DNA of 64,000 nt from Eledone cirrhosa (lineage: Eukaryota), in NCBI GenBank assembly GCA_964016885.1, contig OZ024755.1, positions 15,810,001 to 15,874,000 of the forward strand, in the 5' to 3' direction. Position 1 is the first letter of the stretch. The number at the start of each line of letters is the position of its first letter. The position numbers and the translations under genes were made by a program. Below, piece by piece: positions 30,336-44,470 of the stretch. The notes below the pieces were generated by a model. It saw nothing but the letters and a program-made list of their open reading frames with translations, did no database searches and had not been told where the DNA came from.

Positions 30336-31877
30336 CTAAGACGCTGTGAATGCAGCATAACCGAATGCTTTAAAAGTTCGCTTCCAAGTCATTAGATCCT
30401 GGATGAATAAACATTAACAAAAACCAACAAGCAATGGAAAATATAATATTTCATTAATAGAACCATGAGTTTTTAACTAGAAATAAGATGTTGGAGCCAC
30501 ACATAGCGCTAGAATCGTCTCACCATCATAAATATAGTTAAAATAAACTACTACTACCTAATGTAAATTTTCAGTAACGGTGGTATAGCATTACTAGTAT
30601 TTTTTGTGGGGCTACGTGTGTACGTGTACGTGAATGCTTGTGGGGGGGGGGGCGTATGTGTGTGTGTGCGTGTGTATGTGTGTGTTTGGAGGCTACATGA
30701 TCAAATGGTTAAGATGTTCGCTTTGCAATTATAAGATTCCGAGTTCAATTCCATCACGTGGCATCAAAGGCAAGTAAGGGAAATTGAGCAGGTGGAAATT
30801 GTTTGGAGGTCTGCCGAATAGACTGTGCCCCTAAATTCAAAAGCCCAGCCTTGTCACATACTGTGTCACGCTGAAGTTCCCTGACAATGTTCTTAAGGTC
30901 ACGAGTGTTCGTAGAATATTCAGCCATTCGTACTTGATTTCATGAGCAAGCGATATTTGAACTCAGAGAGCAGAGAGCCGGAACGAATGACACAAAGCAT
31001 TCTATTCAACATTCTAATGATTCTGTCTATTCGCCACCTTGTGCTTAGATTAGAAACCACTATTATTCCAAGTATTACAAGTCTGTGGGTTGGAAGTATC
31101 GGTAGAACGTCGGATAAAATGCTTTGTGGCATCAAGAGTATAAATCTAGAGCTATGAATTGGTAAAATTGTTAAAACATCAGTGAGGATGATTTCGTTAT
31201 TTGTTCCGGTTCCAGGCGTTCTGAGATTAAATTCAACTAGGGTCTACTTTGCCATTTATCCTTACGCGATCGATAATAAAGTACCAGTCTATATCACTGG
31301 ACTAGCGGAATTCTTAGAGCTTGTGGTATACATGTTTCAGTTTTGTTTGTTGTGAGTTCAAATTACTCCTTCTAGAACCAACGAAAAGTCTTTCGAGGCC
31401 CAACAGTAACAGAGGAGGACTTGGAGAAGACTTTAAGCAGGTCCTTAAATATTTCAGCTGGTCCACTCTCATTGCTAGCACACGAGAAAATTCGTGTCTG
31501 GACATGCTATAAGTTTATAGGCGGAAAATGTGATGTTGTGATATTTATGTCTTTTCCTCGCACTTTAGCTGCATGTTTGTCTTCTTCTTCTTCTTCTTCT
31601 TCTTCTTCTTCTTCTTCTTCTTCTTCTTCTTCTTCTTCTTCTTCTTCTTCTTCTTCTTCTTCTTCTTCTTCTTCTCCTCACCCCACATTTCTTCGTGTTT
31701 CCTTTCATTTATATATTCTCATACTCTCACACGCACACTACATTCTTACTATATTTGTATTCATTTCACTCTCTCGTTTTGTTTCTTCCCTGCCTATCTC
31801 TTCTTCTCTATTTTCCCTAGCTGTCTTTGTATTTCTCTGCCTCTCTTTATCACTTTCTTTCTCTCCCTTACTCTCTT

Positions 31878-32368
31878 AATCTATCCCACTTCATTTCTAG
31901 TTCCTCAATTGCACACACCATTGTTTAATTAATTTTGAAACTGCCTATTATTTTGGCATCAGATAAAATGTCTTTAACATGTATTTAACGTGTATTTAGT
32001 GAAGATTTAATATGTATTTAGCATGTAATTTATGCGTGTATTTAACTTAATCTTCAAAGTATTCTCCACTATTCTTCTTATCTTCTAGTCTTAACAAGTA
32101 TAATAAGCGACAATTGAAATTTATGCATTCGCATTTGTAATTTTACAGAGAAAAATCCGGTATTAATTTCCTGAACAATAGATGAATGATGGTGGTATGG
32201 CTTAATCAGTATAACATTGATTAAATATAGTCGATAGAATCTAAGTTTATCGCAAATATTTCACATATTTTTATGATTCTATTGTTTGTTTAATAGCACG
32301 GCAACCTTATTGCTAAGCTGGATTTCGGAACAGTAAGAACATGTTTTGTATCGTCTCCTATTATCTGG
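31878..32368 (+). repeat. Local direct duplication, copy 2
   Basis: Matches 29825-30335. Confidence 0.9.
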
Positions 32369-33709
32369 GACCGAAGAAAAACATACTTCAACTGGTTGGC
32401 TATAAATAAGCCTTCATCATAAGGGTTTGTATAATTTATTATTGCTATTTGTAGTTTTGCTCCACATCTCTGTTAACAGAGTCTTACAAAAGAACCAGGA
32501 AAGCAGAAAATATAACGTAGGAATTTTGGACGTGTCATAAGAACAGGAGGCGACGAATTGACTGAGTCGGATTTAAAATGGCTCGATATATAAGAGTCGG
32601 CTGAAATATTAATAGAGTGACTATGTAGGAGTGATTCTATAGCTGTGGCCTTTGCAAAATATCATAGATATGTTGTTTCATGGACTCTATTGACAGAATA
32701 ACGAATGTGATAGTTCGGAGAATAGCGAGAATTCGCTGAAAGAACTAATTCAACTTTGCAGGGCTCAGTTATGTGGATAGCCATCTCAAACCTCGTTCGC
32801 AGTAAGTAAAAAGATGGTTCGAGGACGCAGGATACCGAATGTTTCCACCTTTATATGTTCAATGACAACCCTATCGGAAGTCGGCCAGTACTTTGTCAGT
32901 TTATGATATATTGGTTCTTTACCCATAAACCTAGTTCAGCCTAATTCAATCTATTTAATAATTATCTTCCATCCATCCATTCTACCTACAAACTATCCTT
33001 AAATGTCATTACCATTCATATGACTCTTTGTAATATTTTTCGCTTCTTCTTGTATTTTTATTGTTGATTATTCTTTATATTTCTTAATACGAAACTTCTA
33101 GAATTATGTTCTATTGAATTTCATGGAATATTAACGTCTCTAGCGACTATAATAACCATCACATCTCTTAGAGAGACAGAAATCAAACCAAATAATAACA
33201 AACAAAAAATAAACAGAACAACACGAAGAAATATTTAGACTCAAACAATAACAATACGAAATTTTCAGTCATAAAAGGTTTCAATAGATATCATTTAAGA
33301 TCACTTTAAGTGGTCTAAACCTTTTCTTTTCTCATATTTTTACATTACATTTTTTTAATACTTTTCTTTCATTTATTGTTTTGATTAAAAAAAATAGTCT
33401 CAAACATAAAATTCGAGTTAATGTAGCGACTATAAATGTTATTGATGATAGTGAACTGGATATGAGTCGTACAACAAAATGATATTTTTTTAATGGCCGT
33501 GTTTCATACAACAGCCCTACCTTTCTAGGCTGTTTCAAGTAGTCTTGTGTTTACTGACTGAGGATGGGGAGTGTTGCATCTAAGTTTCTCTTTTGGAAGA
33601 AGTTCGTATTAATTTACTTGTTTTCATTATCCATTGGTTTGACTTACCAGTTTTCTAGAGATTTAATTTCATTTATAAAATCTGTTTGGATTTTCTTTAT
33701 ATATATATG

Positions 33710-33786
33710 CAGGGTGTCCCCAAAAATGTATACACATATATATTAGAATGCTGTTGAAGCGTGTATATATTTTGGGGGACACCCTG
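33710..33786. mobile_element. Tc1/mariner-type MITE in (TA)n
   Basis: TIRs CAGGGTGTCCCCAAAAAT / ATTTTGGGGGACACCCTG. Confidence 0.82.
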
Positions 33787-33812
33787 TATATATATATATA
33801 TAAAAATACATA

Positions 33813-33875
<63 letters not shown>

Positions 33876-33981
33876 ACATATATATATATAAATATATATA
33901 TATATGTATATATATATATGTGTATATACATATATATACATATATATACACATATATATATACACACACACATATATATAA

Positions 33982-34071
<90 letters not shown>

Positions 34072-34656
34072 GATGGTAGGTTAGTTTTACCATTTACTAG
34101 ATGATATTTGTTGCGTTCTTCTATATTATTTTCATTTCTTTATTATTTTTTCATATATTTGGAGGTTCGTGGCAGGTTGGTAGTTTCGTGTACTGCCTTG
34201 GCTGATTGACGAACTGAAAGTTTTGGTTACTGCAATAGTTTTAAATAAATATAATATATAGAAATTGGTATCAAGTATATGAAGTACATCATTAATTTTC
34301 ATTCAATTCGATTTCCATTTTGGAAAAATTTGTGTTTCTTATCGATCGGTGTATCACGCATACAACATATGACTGCGTTATTCCGATTCCTCTGGCTAAG
34401 TAAATACATACATGCAGCGTTTAAAAAAATAAACCACATGTAGTTGCATACATGCTGTTGCAGACATAGAATTGTCTCAATGTCAGTTTGATATAGGCGA
34501 ATATGGATGTATACGTTTCTAAATATATCGTTACATGCACTCTATATTTATGTTTATGTATGTATATATAAGTGTGTGTATGTCTGTGTGTATTGCTGTG
34601 TGTGTGTGTAGTTGTGTGTGTGCGTGAGTGTGTGTGTGTTTATGTATATATATATA

Positions 34657-34704
<48 letters not shown>

Positions 34705-35451
34705 ATAAGAATATTTATATTTATATATGTTTGATATAACTATAAATTATAGCTTATACTCCGATGATTCCAGACTTCCCTCTGGAAGAAACAATTGTCA
34801 GCAAATAAATGTTCTAAACTAAAATGTGATCGTTTTAACACTTTATATATATATATATATATATATATAGTGTGGGGGGGGGGTGCAAATAAGACCGTTC
34901 TTTGTCCTAACCTGTAAACAGAAAATACCCTAATCCAACCGCAGACCTGCATCCTAATATTCCGAAAACAAGCATCACACCTAGACGAGATACCGATATG
35001 TATGCATGTATGTATGTATCCGTGTGTGGGAGCGTCTTTGTACCCATATAGATAGTTATATGTGAATATTCATATACATAAACTTTCTTTACTGCATAAA
35101 ATGCCGACTAAGTGGGTCGGTTTCATAGGAAATTTCGCCAGAGATTAGCTAAGAGATACATTGAAGAGCTTAGATATATTTGATCCTGCAATGGATCTCC
35201 TGTCACCAAGCATTTCTTCACTTCTATTCATACCATGAGGCAACTATCTGCTTCCGTCTTATTTTACACAACGGATCATCAATTTCCAATCTCCTAAAAT
35301 AACAACAGCTTATCTTTAATCTAAGAACTTCCCAACTTTGGGATTCAAATGTCAATTTAATTTTCTTTAACAACATGTATCCTCTAACCCATACAACCAA
35401 CAATTGCAATCTTACGAAGCCATCATGAGATATATATGTGTGTGTGTCTGA

Positions 35452-35503
<52 letters not shown>

Positions 35504-35577
35504 CAATGAAACAAAAAACAGAGGTACAAAATGTCTTATTAGTTTTACACTTTATATGGAAAAGGGGAAAGAAATTT

Positions 35578-35607
35578 CGATGTGTCGGGCTTTAACCCTT
35601 CTTCAGG
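35578..35607 (-). ncRNA. Degenerate minimal HHR
   Basis: Revcomp CCUGAAGA-A-GGG-UUAAAG-CCC-GACA-CAUCG (GAAA mutated to GACA); element runs to the TA tract at ~35500. Confidence 0.45.
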
Positions 35608-36050
35608 AGTACAAAAATAGATACAATATATATATATGAATATTAATGTTATTATTATATTATTTTTGTTGTTTTTGTTATTATTACTATGGGAGAACCT
35701 ATAGTGACTCAAGAATCTACAGTTTCCTATCAGTGTAGTAAAAAAAATGCGCTTATCGAAGCAAAGTTAGGTGCTATTTAACAATAAGTTCAGCTCTGGT
35801 TTAGAATATCTATGCTTTAATAGTATTCCATTCGTGTACATTCTACTGTTGTTGTTGTTGTTTTTACTATCTACAGAGAACACAGATAAAATGTGTTTTT
35901 AAAGCCAAGCAGTTAATATTAAATTCAGTTCGTATTTTAATTCTAAAGGTTACATAACAATTGACTTGAAAATACGTTTTATTTAACTTGGCATAATGTT
36001 AAACATAAATCAAATATAAGACAAAATTGTTTCATACAAACACACACACA

Positions 36051-36118
<68 letters not shown>

Positions 36119-36264
36119 TACCCATACACATACACATACACATACACACACGCGCAAAGACAAACAGATAGATAGATAGGTGAACATATATATATATATA
36201 TATATACATACATATGTATATATATATATATGTATATGTATATATATGTATATATATATGTGTG

Positions 36265-36338
<74 letters not shown>

Positions 36339-36420
36339 CATATATATATATATTCATATGTATATATATATACATTGAGTTTTCTTATTTTTATTTTTGT
36401 TGATAACATTGCAGTGTACG

Positions 36421-36469
<49 letters not shown>

Positions 36470-36915
36470 GTCAGTGGTGATCGTTGAAAGAGAACAACTG
36501 TAGGTCACGTACAATAGCATTTACTTTTTTTCTGCTCCATGCTGACTAATTATATTTATTTTAACTTCTAAATTAAGTGATTTCCTTTTCTTATTGCTTT
36601 CTGTAATCGTAGATTGGAAATTCTTCTTCTTACCTGACAGCTTTGGCAATAGTAAATCTTTAGAAGCTAAGCGAGCAAGTTGTGATATGTTTACAGAAGT
36701 AAATATGATGCCATGAGATCATATGGTAATGATCCTCTTCGCAGATAGGGATTTGTGCAAACGTAGGAACATTTAAAATTAATTGTTCAAGTATAATGGT
36801 TGTCAAGATAAAATGCACATGCATGCTCGGAAATATAATTTCTGCTTTAGGCCCAAGGACAGGTCGGTTGATGTTTGGGGTCTGAGATTTGTATAAGAAA
36901 TTATAATACTTAAAA

Positions 36916-37275
36916 TAATTGTTTCTACTTTTGGCACAAGGCCAGCAATTATCCAGTACATTACTGGTACTTTATTTTATCGACCCCGTAAGGATGAAAG
37001 GCAAAGTTAACCTCGGCGGGATTTGAACTCAGATCATAAAGGAACGCCACTCTATGCTTCAAAGCGTGGTGTCCGACTCTCTACCGATACTGATTTAGGC
37101 ACAACACCAACAATTTTGGGTGATGGGGAATGTCGATAAAATCGACCCAGTGTGTTACTGGTACTTCATTTTATCGATCACGTAAGGATGAAAAGCAAAG
37201 CTAGGCTCGACAGGATTTGAACTCAGATCGTAAAGGCCCGTAACTCTATGCCATAAAACATTGTCCGATCCTCCA
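36916..37275 (-). mobile_element. Two adjacent SINE family 1 copies
   Basis: 36916-37092 young copy; 37093-37275 diverged variant. Confidence 0.85.
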
Positions 37276-37320
37276 TCGATATATACATGTATGTGTGTAC
37301 ATACATATATAAATATATGT

Positions 37321-37434
<114 letters not shown>

Positions 37435-37489
37435 GTCCATTCATACACACACACATACATTCATACATATAAATATATATATACTTCAA

Positions 37490-37830
<341 letters not shown>

Positions 37831-37980
37831 GGACGGGCGGATTGGAATTGGAAAAAGTGTCTTTAGATAAAAAAAATAAACAATGAGTTATATGGTTTGT
37901 TGATTATTCAACAAAGTTAATTTTACAGCAGAAGCACTCAACGGTTGGAGTATTATTAATATTAACAATATTAATAAATA

Positions 37981-38192
37981 TTTTATTATACGTATTTCAA
38001 GGGTTCTAACATTTTAGTACGCTTTCGTCAGATAAAATATAACATTTGGTGTTAAGATAGTCATATACATTCATGTGATCTTAACGGTATGAGCCCACCT
38101 TCAGTGGTATGTGATCTTAACACCAAATATTATATTTTATCTGACGAAAGCGCACTAAAATGTTAGTACCCTTGAAATACGTATAATAAAAT
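37981..38192. repeat. ~78-bp-arm inverted repeat carrying the 3' half of an HHR
   Basis: Arms 37981-38058 and 38114-38192; CUGAC-GAAA-GCGCAC-UA-AAAUG. Confidence 0.7.
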
Positions 38193-38233
38193 AAATATCG
38201 TTTTGTAAAGATATTTTCCATTTATTAATATTG

Positions 38234-38279
<46 letters not shown>

Positions 38280-38364
38280 GTAGGAGGTGAGTTTTATTGT
38301 AGTACAATAAAGCAATGCAGATATCGGATAAGAAGCACTCTACAGTTTGTAGGACTGGAATATA

Positions 38365-38521
38365 CATAATATATAAGATCAAAAGATGGTTAAATGAGTT
38401 CCATGTATTTTATTTTCCATGTATTTATCTGAAGAAAACACAAATGTTATTGCATGATGATATTTGTTTTTGAAATGCGCATAATAAAATACATGGAACT
38501 CATTTAACCATCTTTTGATCT

Positions 38522-38532
<11 letters not shown>
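38365..38532 (+). mobile_element. HHR element family E with inverted arm
   Basis: ~38367-38414 is revcomp of 38483-38530; followed by (TA)n. Confidence 0.75.
38415..38498 (+). ncRNA. Type I hammerhead ribozyme with long helix I
   Basis: UUCCAUGUAUUUAU-CUGAAGA-AAAC...GUUUUU-GAAA-UGCGCA-UA-AUAAAAUACAUGGAA; palindromic helix III; cleavage after 38483. Confidence 0.75.
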
Positions 38533-38582
<50 letters not shown>

Positions 38583-38586
<4 letters not shown>

Positions 38587-39220
38587 TGTTTTACTTAGGG
38601 AGGATCATATTGTTGTAATAATATTGCCAGAAATAATAATAACAGAACACACTCACTGTTTGGTTGGTTCTCGCTTCTGTAAAAGATACAGATGCGAAAA
38701 CCAACCAAACAGTGAGTGTATTCTGTTATTATTATTTCTGGGGTTTGGCAGTATCAGTAGAAGGTCGGACGCAATGCTTTGACGCAAAGAGTTACGGCCT
38801 TTTATGGTCTGAGTTCAAATCCCGCCGAGGTTAACTTTGCCTTTCATCCTTACGGAGTCGATGAAATAAAGTACCAGTAATGCACTGGGATAATTGCTGG
38901 CCTTGTGCCAAAAGTAGAAATAATTATTTCTGGCAATTTTATTACAACAATATTGGCGGTGGATTGGCAGTATCGGTAGAGTTTTGGACGCCATGCTTTG
39001 ACGCATAGAGTTACGGCCCTTTCCATTCTGAGTTCAAATCCCGCCGAGGTTAACTTTGCCTTTCATCCTTACGGGGTCGATAAAATAAAGTACCAGTAAT
39101 GTACTGGTAATTGCTGGCCTTGTGCCAAAAGTAGAAACAATTATTACAACTCTCCCCAAGTATAACAATATTTGTTTCGACACACGATTTCATATCAAAA
39201 GCCTTGCAAAACAAATTCAT
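38583..39220. mobile_element. Family-A-related inverted element interrupted by two SINE family 1 copies (38742-38925, 38954-39142, + strand)
   Basis: Left arm ...ATTGCCAGAAATAATAATAACAGAACACACTCACTGTTTGGTTGGTT mirrored in the right arm; TSD ATTATTTCTGG; tail CCCCAAGTATAACAATATTTGTTTCGACACACG. Confidence 0.75.
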
Positions 39221-39487
39221 CGCAGTCATTACACCCCTTTTTTTTCTTTTTTTCTTTTCACTTCATAAACCTTGTTTGTAAATAACATTATTCTTTCTGC
39301 ACCATTTCCTTAACAATAGACAATTATTAAATATATAAATAAATAAATAAATGCCATTGTTAATTAATAAATAAATAAACTAATACCTTAACACTTCACA
39401 CAAAGTAAAATATTTTGTTTTAATCATTTTCTAACCCAGAAAAAAGAGAAAAGATTAAAAAGTAAAAAATATATTTTTCTTCTTAAT

Positions 39488-39668
39488 AATTGTTTCTACT
39501 ATTGACACAAGGCCAGAAATTACCCAGTACATTACTGGTACTTTATTTTATCGACCCCGTAAGGATGAAAGGCAAAGTTTACCTTGGCGGGATTTGAACT
39601 CAGAATGGCAAGGGCCGTAACTCTATGCGTTAAAGCATGGCGTCCGAACCTCTACCGATACTGCCAAT
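39488..39668 (-). mobile_element. SINE family 1
   Basis: Matches consensus. Confidence 0.9.
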
Positions 39669-39789
39669 AATCGTCTTTTTCTCCCTGTTTTCATATATAT
39701 ATATATATACTTCAATTTATAATAGACAGAGCAAATAAATTCATAATCTCTTCACGCCGACGTTTTCTTGGTGCAATACTTGGTTATAT

Positions 39790-39821
<32 letters not shown>

Positions 39822-40281
39822 CAGACATATTTATGCGTAAAGATAAATTTGTTTCTTCGGCTCAATATCTCCTTTGGTGTGCTCACCGCCCTAATATTCA
39901 AATATTGTAATAATTACGGGGCCAGAGTTATAGCGAGGACAATGATAACGTCGTTGATGATATATTAACAGCAGTAGCAGCCACAACAACAACAACAACA
40001 GCAACAACAACAAGCAGCAGCCGCAAGCTCTTCTCTACCTACTGACATAGAGAAGCAGCTAAAGTGATTAGTTCTTAAGAAGGCCAATCCCTAAAATGGA
40101 CACATCCGGCTGTACGATAAGGGCCTATTGCTATGGCTTAGAGGAATGGAAGGTTCTCACGAAGAGGGAAATTGCATTTCTCTTTGTTTGTTTGTTTTTG
40201 TTATTCTTCTTTTTAATAATTGTAGTATACTCATTTATGTACCTCTGTATATATCTATTTATGTGTGCATATAGGCTTCTT

Positions 40282-40327
<46 letters not shown>

Positions 40328-40482
40328 TATATGTATATATATGTATCTGTGTGTAGGTGTGTGCATTTGCGTGTGTTAATAGACTCGTTATGAGATGGGA
40401 TTTTGCGTGTATTAATAGACTCGTCATAAATGGGATTTTCTCTGTATGCATGTTTGTGTGTATGTTTGCATGTATGTAAGTA

Positions 40483-40516
<34 letters not shown>

Positions 40517-40788
40517 TGTATATATATATATATATATGTATGTATGAATACATTGGCTGGGCTAAAAAGCGACATTCGATCGCAGCACTGTTAGTTGCTA
40601 TCGTGTGTGTGTATAGATATGTTTATGTGTGTGCGTGTGTGTGTGTATATATATATATGTGTATATTGTTGTTGTTGTTTTTGTTGTTGTTGTTGTTGTT
40701 GTTGTTGTTAATATATATATATGTATATATATTTTTTTTTCGGGCAATGGCCATACGCGATAACGAGGGGGCAGCCATCATGTATGAA

Positions 40789-40858
<70 letters not shown>

Positions 40859-40891
40859 AGTGTGTGTGTGTGTGTGTAGCTATATCTTGAA

Positions 40892-41170
40892 AGCGTATGA
40901 TTTAGTGGCCAGTGTGAAAGGTCGTGAATTCGATTCCCAGCAACGCTTTGTGTCCTTGAGCAAGACATTATATTTCACTTTGCTCTAGTTCACTTAATTG
41001 AAAAAAGTGAATTGCACCTGCCTGGTCACACTCTGAGTTATGGTGAATTTCCCGGAGAAATACGTTAAAAGTACACGTGTCTGTGAAATGCACAGCCTCT
41101 TGTACGTTTTCTTTTCACGAGCGGGTGTTTCTTTGATCGAACAACGTCGAAACTGATGTAGGTCCAATAC
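40892..41170 (+). mobile_element. tRNA-derived SINE family 2 (CORE-like)
   Basis: GAATTCGATTCCC B box, TGTCCTTGAGCAAGACA core. Confidence 0.7.
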
Positions 41171-41394
41171 TTACTCACATACACGCACATACATACATAT
41201 ACGCGCACGCACACGTAAGTATATGTATATATATATATGTGTGTGTCTATGTATGTATGCATGTATGTGTGTATATATGCTTGTATGTATATATATGTAT
41301 GCATATATATATGTATGCATATATATATGTATGTATATATCAATATTTACATGTATACATACATACATATATATATTTATATATATATATATAC

Positions 41395-42386
41395 AACAAC
41401 ACCCCCTCACTAGCTATGCTGATGAGACTAAGGTAGCACAAGCAATCAAAAACCCGGCTGACGCTGCCCTTTTACAAGATCTGGATGCCATATACAAATG
41501 GGCGGAAGACAACAAGATGCAGTTTAATGCTGGCAAATTCCAAACCCTACAATACAAACCTGCAGGCACAAATACAGTACAACACAGTTACGCCGGACCA
41601 GGAGGGACCGATATCCCCGTGTCGAAATCGATACGAGACCTGGGTATAGACATGAGCGATGATGCATCTTTTTCCTCGCACATCATGAAAGTGGCGACAA
41701 TGTGCAGACGACTCGCTGGCTGGATCTTGAGGACTTTCCGGACAAGAGACCGAGACACCATGTTGACACTATGGAGGACATTTGTCCTAAGCCACCTCCA
41801 CTATTGCTCCCAGTTGTGGTCACCCTATAGTGTCAAACTAACCACGGAGCTTGAGGCAATCCAGCAAAGCTACACTAAGAGGATTGCGACGACGATGAAG
41901 GAGATAAGCTACTGGGAGAGGCTAAAAGAACTGAACCTCTACTCCTTGGAACGAAGACGGGAGAGATACGCAGTGATCTACATGTGGAAAATCCTGGAGG
42001 GACTAGCACCAAACTTTGGCATTGGGAGCTGGACCAACTGTCGAACAGGACGTCACTGTGTGGTGCCAAAGGTCCCGTCTTCCATTTCTAGAATAAGGAG
42101 CAGATATTGCAATAACCTGGGGTTCAAGGGCCCTCAACTCTTCAACAAGCTGCCGAGGGATTTGAGAGATGTGCATGGTGTGGATGTGGATGTCTTCAAG
42201 AAACATCTCGACACCTTGCTATCCAGGATCCCGGATGAGCCCACAGCAAGGCACGAGGAAAACCTAAGGGCAGCAGCAACGAACTCCCTCTTGCACCAGT
42301 GGCCAACCAATACAGGCTGGAGATAAAATGTGTAGCAACAAGGGCGGTGCCTCAGCCGGGTGTCTGGAACAGGTAAAGCGGTAAAA

Positions 42387-42390
<4 letters not shown>
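41395..42390 (+). mobile_element. 5'-truncated CR1-group LINE (RT C-terminal half, ORF open to stop at 42326, short 3' UTR)
   Basis: YADETK...LQDLDAIYKWA...MQFNAGK...RDLGI...HYCSQLWSPY...SYWERLKELNLYSLERRRER; (TA)n on both sides; ORF N-terminus before 41395 is microsatellite. Confidence 0.9.
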
Positions 42391-42440
<50 letters not shown>

Positions 42441-42592
42441 AGTTATAGAGAAAAAGTAGGATTAGAAAAAGCAAAGAAACTGTTTTTCTTTTTTTCCTCT
42501 TTGATCCATTGACATTACTGAAAAAATGTGAAGAACAATTTTTTTTTTTTAAAAAAAGGAGTTTTATAATGTATCTAGAATATATAAAATAG

Positions 42593-42754
42593 TTGTTTCT
42601 ACTTTTGGCACAAGGCCAGCAATTACCCCAGTACATTACTGGTACTTTATTTTATCGACCCCGTAAGGATGAAAGGCGGGATTTGAACTGAGAATGGCAA
42701 GGGCCGTAACTCTATGCGTCAAAGCATGGCGTCCGACCCTGTACCGATACTGCC
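42593..42754 (-). mobile_element. SINE family 1 with internal deletion
   Basis: GAAAGGC joined directly to GGGATTTG. Confidence 0.88.
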
Positions 42755-43138
42755 TTCGATGTATCGATGTAATCCATCTTATCAAATATTGAGTATTACA
42801 ATTAAAAAGAATTAAAAAGAAATAAAAATTAAAATTTTTAAAGGAAGCGTTGAAGAAGGTCTGTTCATCTGTATACTTAGACACATTATTCTCTGTTAAA
42901 ATTTCAAGGTAGTCTACACCAAAGAACTAATACTTCCATCAAATTACATATATAAAGTGAACTCAGACAAGGGAACTCTCACTGACGCCATTTCAGGAGA
43001 AACCCAGAAGTGTGTAAAAACGAAATCAATGAATTGCATATCATTTCGTTGGCTAATGGCTTCTTTAGTGAGAACACCAAAGGAGATATTATATTGAGCC
43101 GAAGAAACAAATTTATCTTTACGCATAAATATGTCTGC

Positions 43139-43198
<60 letters not shown>

Positions 43199-43207
43199 GT
43201 GTGTGTG

Positions 43208-43250
<43 letters not shown>

Positions 43251-43299
43251 CTGACTGAACACGTTTTCAAAGAATTGCTTTCTGTTTCTTCCTCTTCTC

Positions 43300-43462
43300 A
43301 TTCTCTATCTTTCTATTTCATTTTTAATTTTCATTCTATCTTCTGATGAAGGAGTAACGTCCTAAATTTAAAGACGCTTTTCCTAACATATCAAGCGTTA
43401 AACTAATATATTTCTTCATTCTACTATGTGTTTTTTTCTTGTTGTTTTTGTTTACATTTAGA

Positions 43463-43465
<3 letters not shown>
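43300..43465 (+). mobile_element. HHR element family B, diverged copy
   Basis: TCTT-CTGATGA-A-GGAGTAACGTCC-TAAA (GAAA mutated), then ATATCAAGCGTTAAACTAATATA as in other B copies. Confidence 0.65.
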
Positions 43466-43524
<59 letters not shown>

Positions 43525-43613
43525 TCTAAATGTAAACAAAAACAACAAGAAAAAAACACATAGTAGAATGAAGAAATATATATATAAATAGATTTCCTCT
43601 ATATGCATATGTA

Positions 43614-43646
<33 letters not shown>

Positions 43647-43651
43647 TTGTG

Positions 43652-43770
43652 AAGGCGTGTGGCTGAGTGGTTAGAGAATTGGATTCACAATCTTGAGGTT
43701 GTGAGTTCGATTCCTGGACCGGGCGATGCGTTATGTCCTTGAGCAAGACACTTTATTTCACGTTGCTCCT
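43652..43770 (+). mobile_element. tRNA-derived SINE family 2, 5' part
   Basis: GGCGTGTGGCTGAGTGGTTAG A box, GAGTTCGATTCC B box, GTCCTTGAGCAAGACACTTT core; no tRNA acceptor stem. Confidence 0.8.
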
Positions 43771-44470
43771 TCTACCTGGAGTTGCGACCGATAGATAGTA
43801 CTAGCAACTGGAAAGACCAACGGAAACATTGTTTCCTCGGTCCGATTTGACGAAAGTCGATCGCTAAAAATTAAAAAAAATATATATATATATATAAATA
43901 GATTTCCTCTTCATGATTATTTTTCATCTAAGAATGTTGTTTAAAATTACCAAAGTGCCAATCTTTATCTCATAACCCTCCCTGTATACTGAAGGCTTCC
44001 CTACCTACTTTATTAGTTTAAACGTAAATGAAAATATTCATAGGTATATCAAAGTATAATATTTATATATTCATATATGCAACGTATATAAAGTGAACGT
44101 GTCTTTAAGGATGTTTACATACAAGCAGGCAAATGAAAACTAGTGAGCATACGGCAACACTTATTCATTCGTAAATCAGATAGTCGTACACACAGATATG
44201 ATTTTCTATGTTTGTGTGTCTCTTAAAGATTCAGAATTTCCCCATCAGATTATATATATGTGCTATATATGTATATGTATGTGCCTCTCTCTTTATATAT
44301 ATTTGTGTGTGTGTTTGTATATATACATATGCCTATATATATATATATATATTAAGTATATTTTACTTGTGTGTGAAAGAGAGAGAGATACATAGATGAG
44401 TTGATATGTAGATAGATTGATAGATAAATTGATAAATAGATAGGTGGTTAGGTAGATGGGTATATGGGTG

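Noticed and set aside
42975-43015. CTGACGCC...GGAGAAACC as an HHR
   Set aside because: Core lacks the conserved GA and the pairings are weak
43652-43725. tRNA gene
   Set aside because: A and B boxes are present but there is no acceptor stem, and the sequence continues into the SINE core
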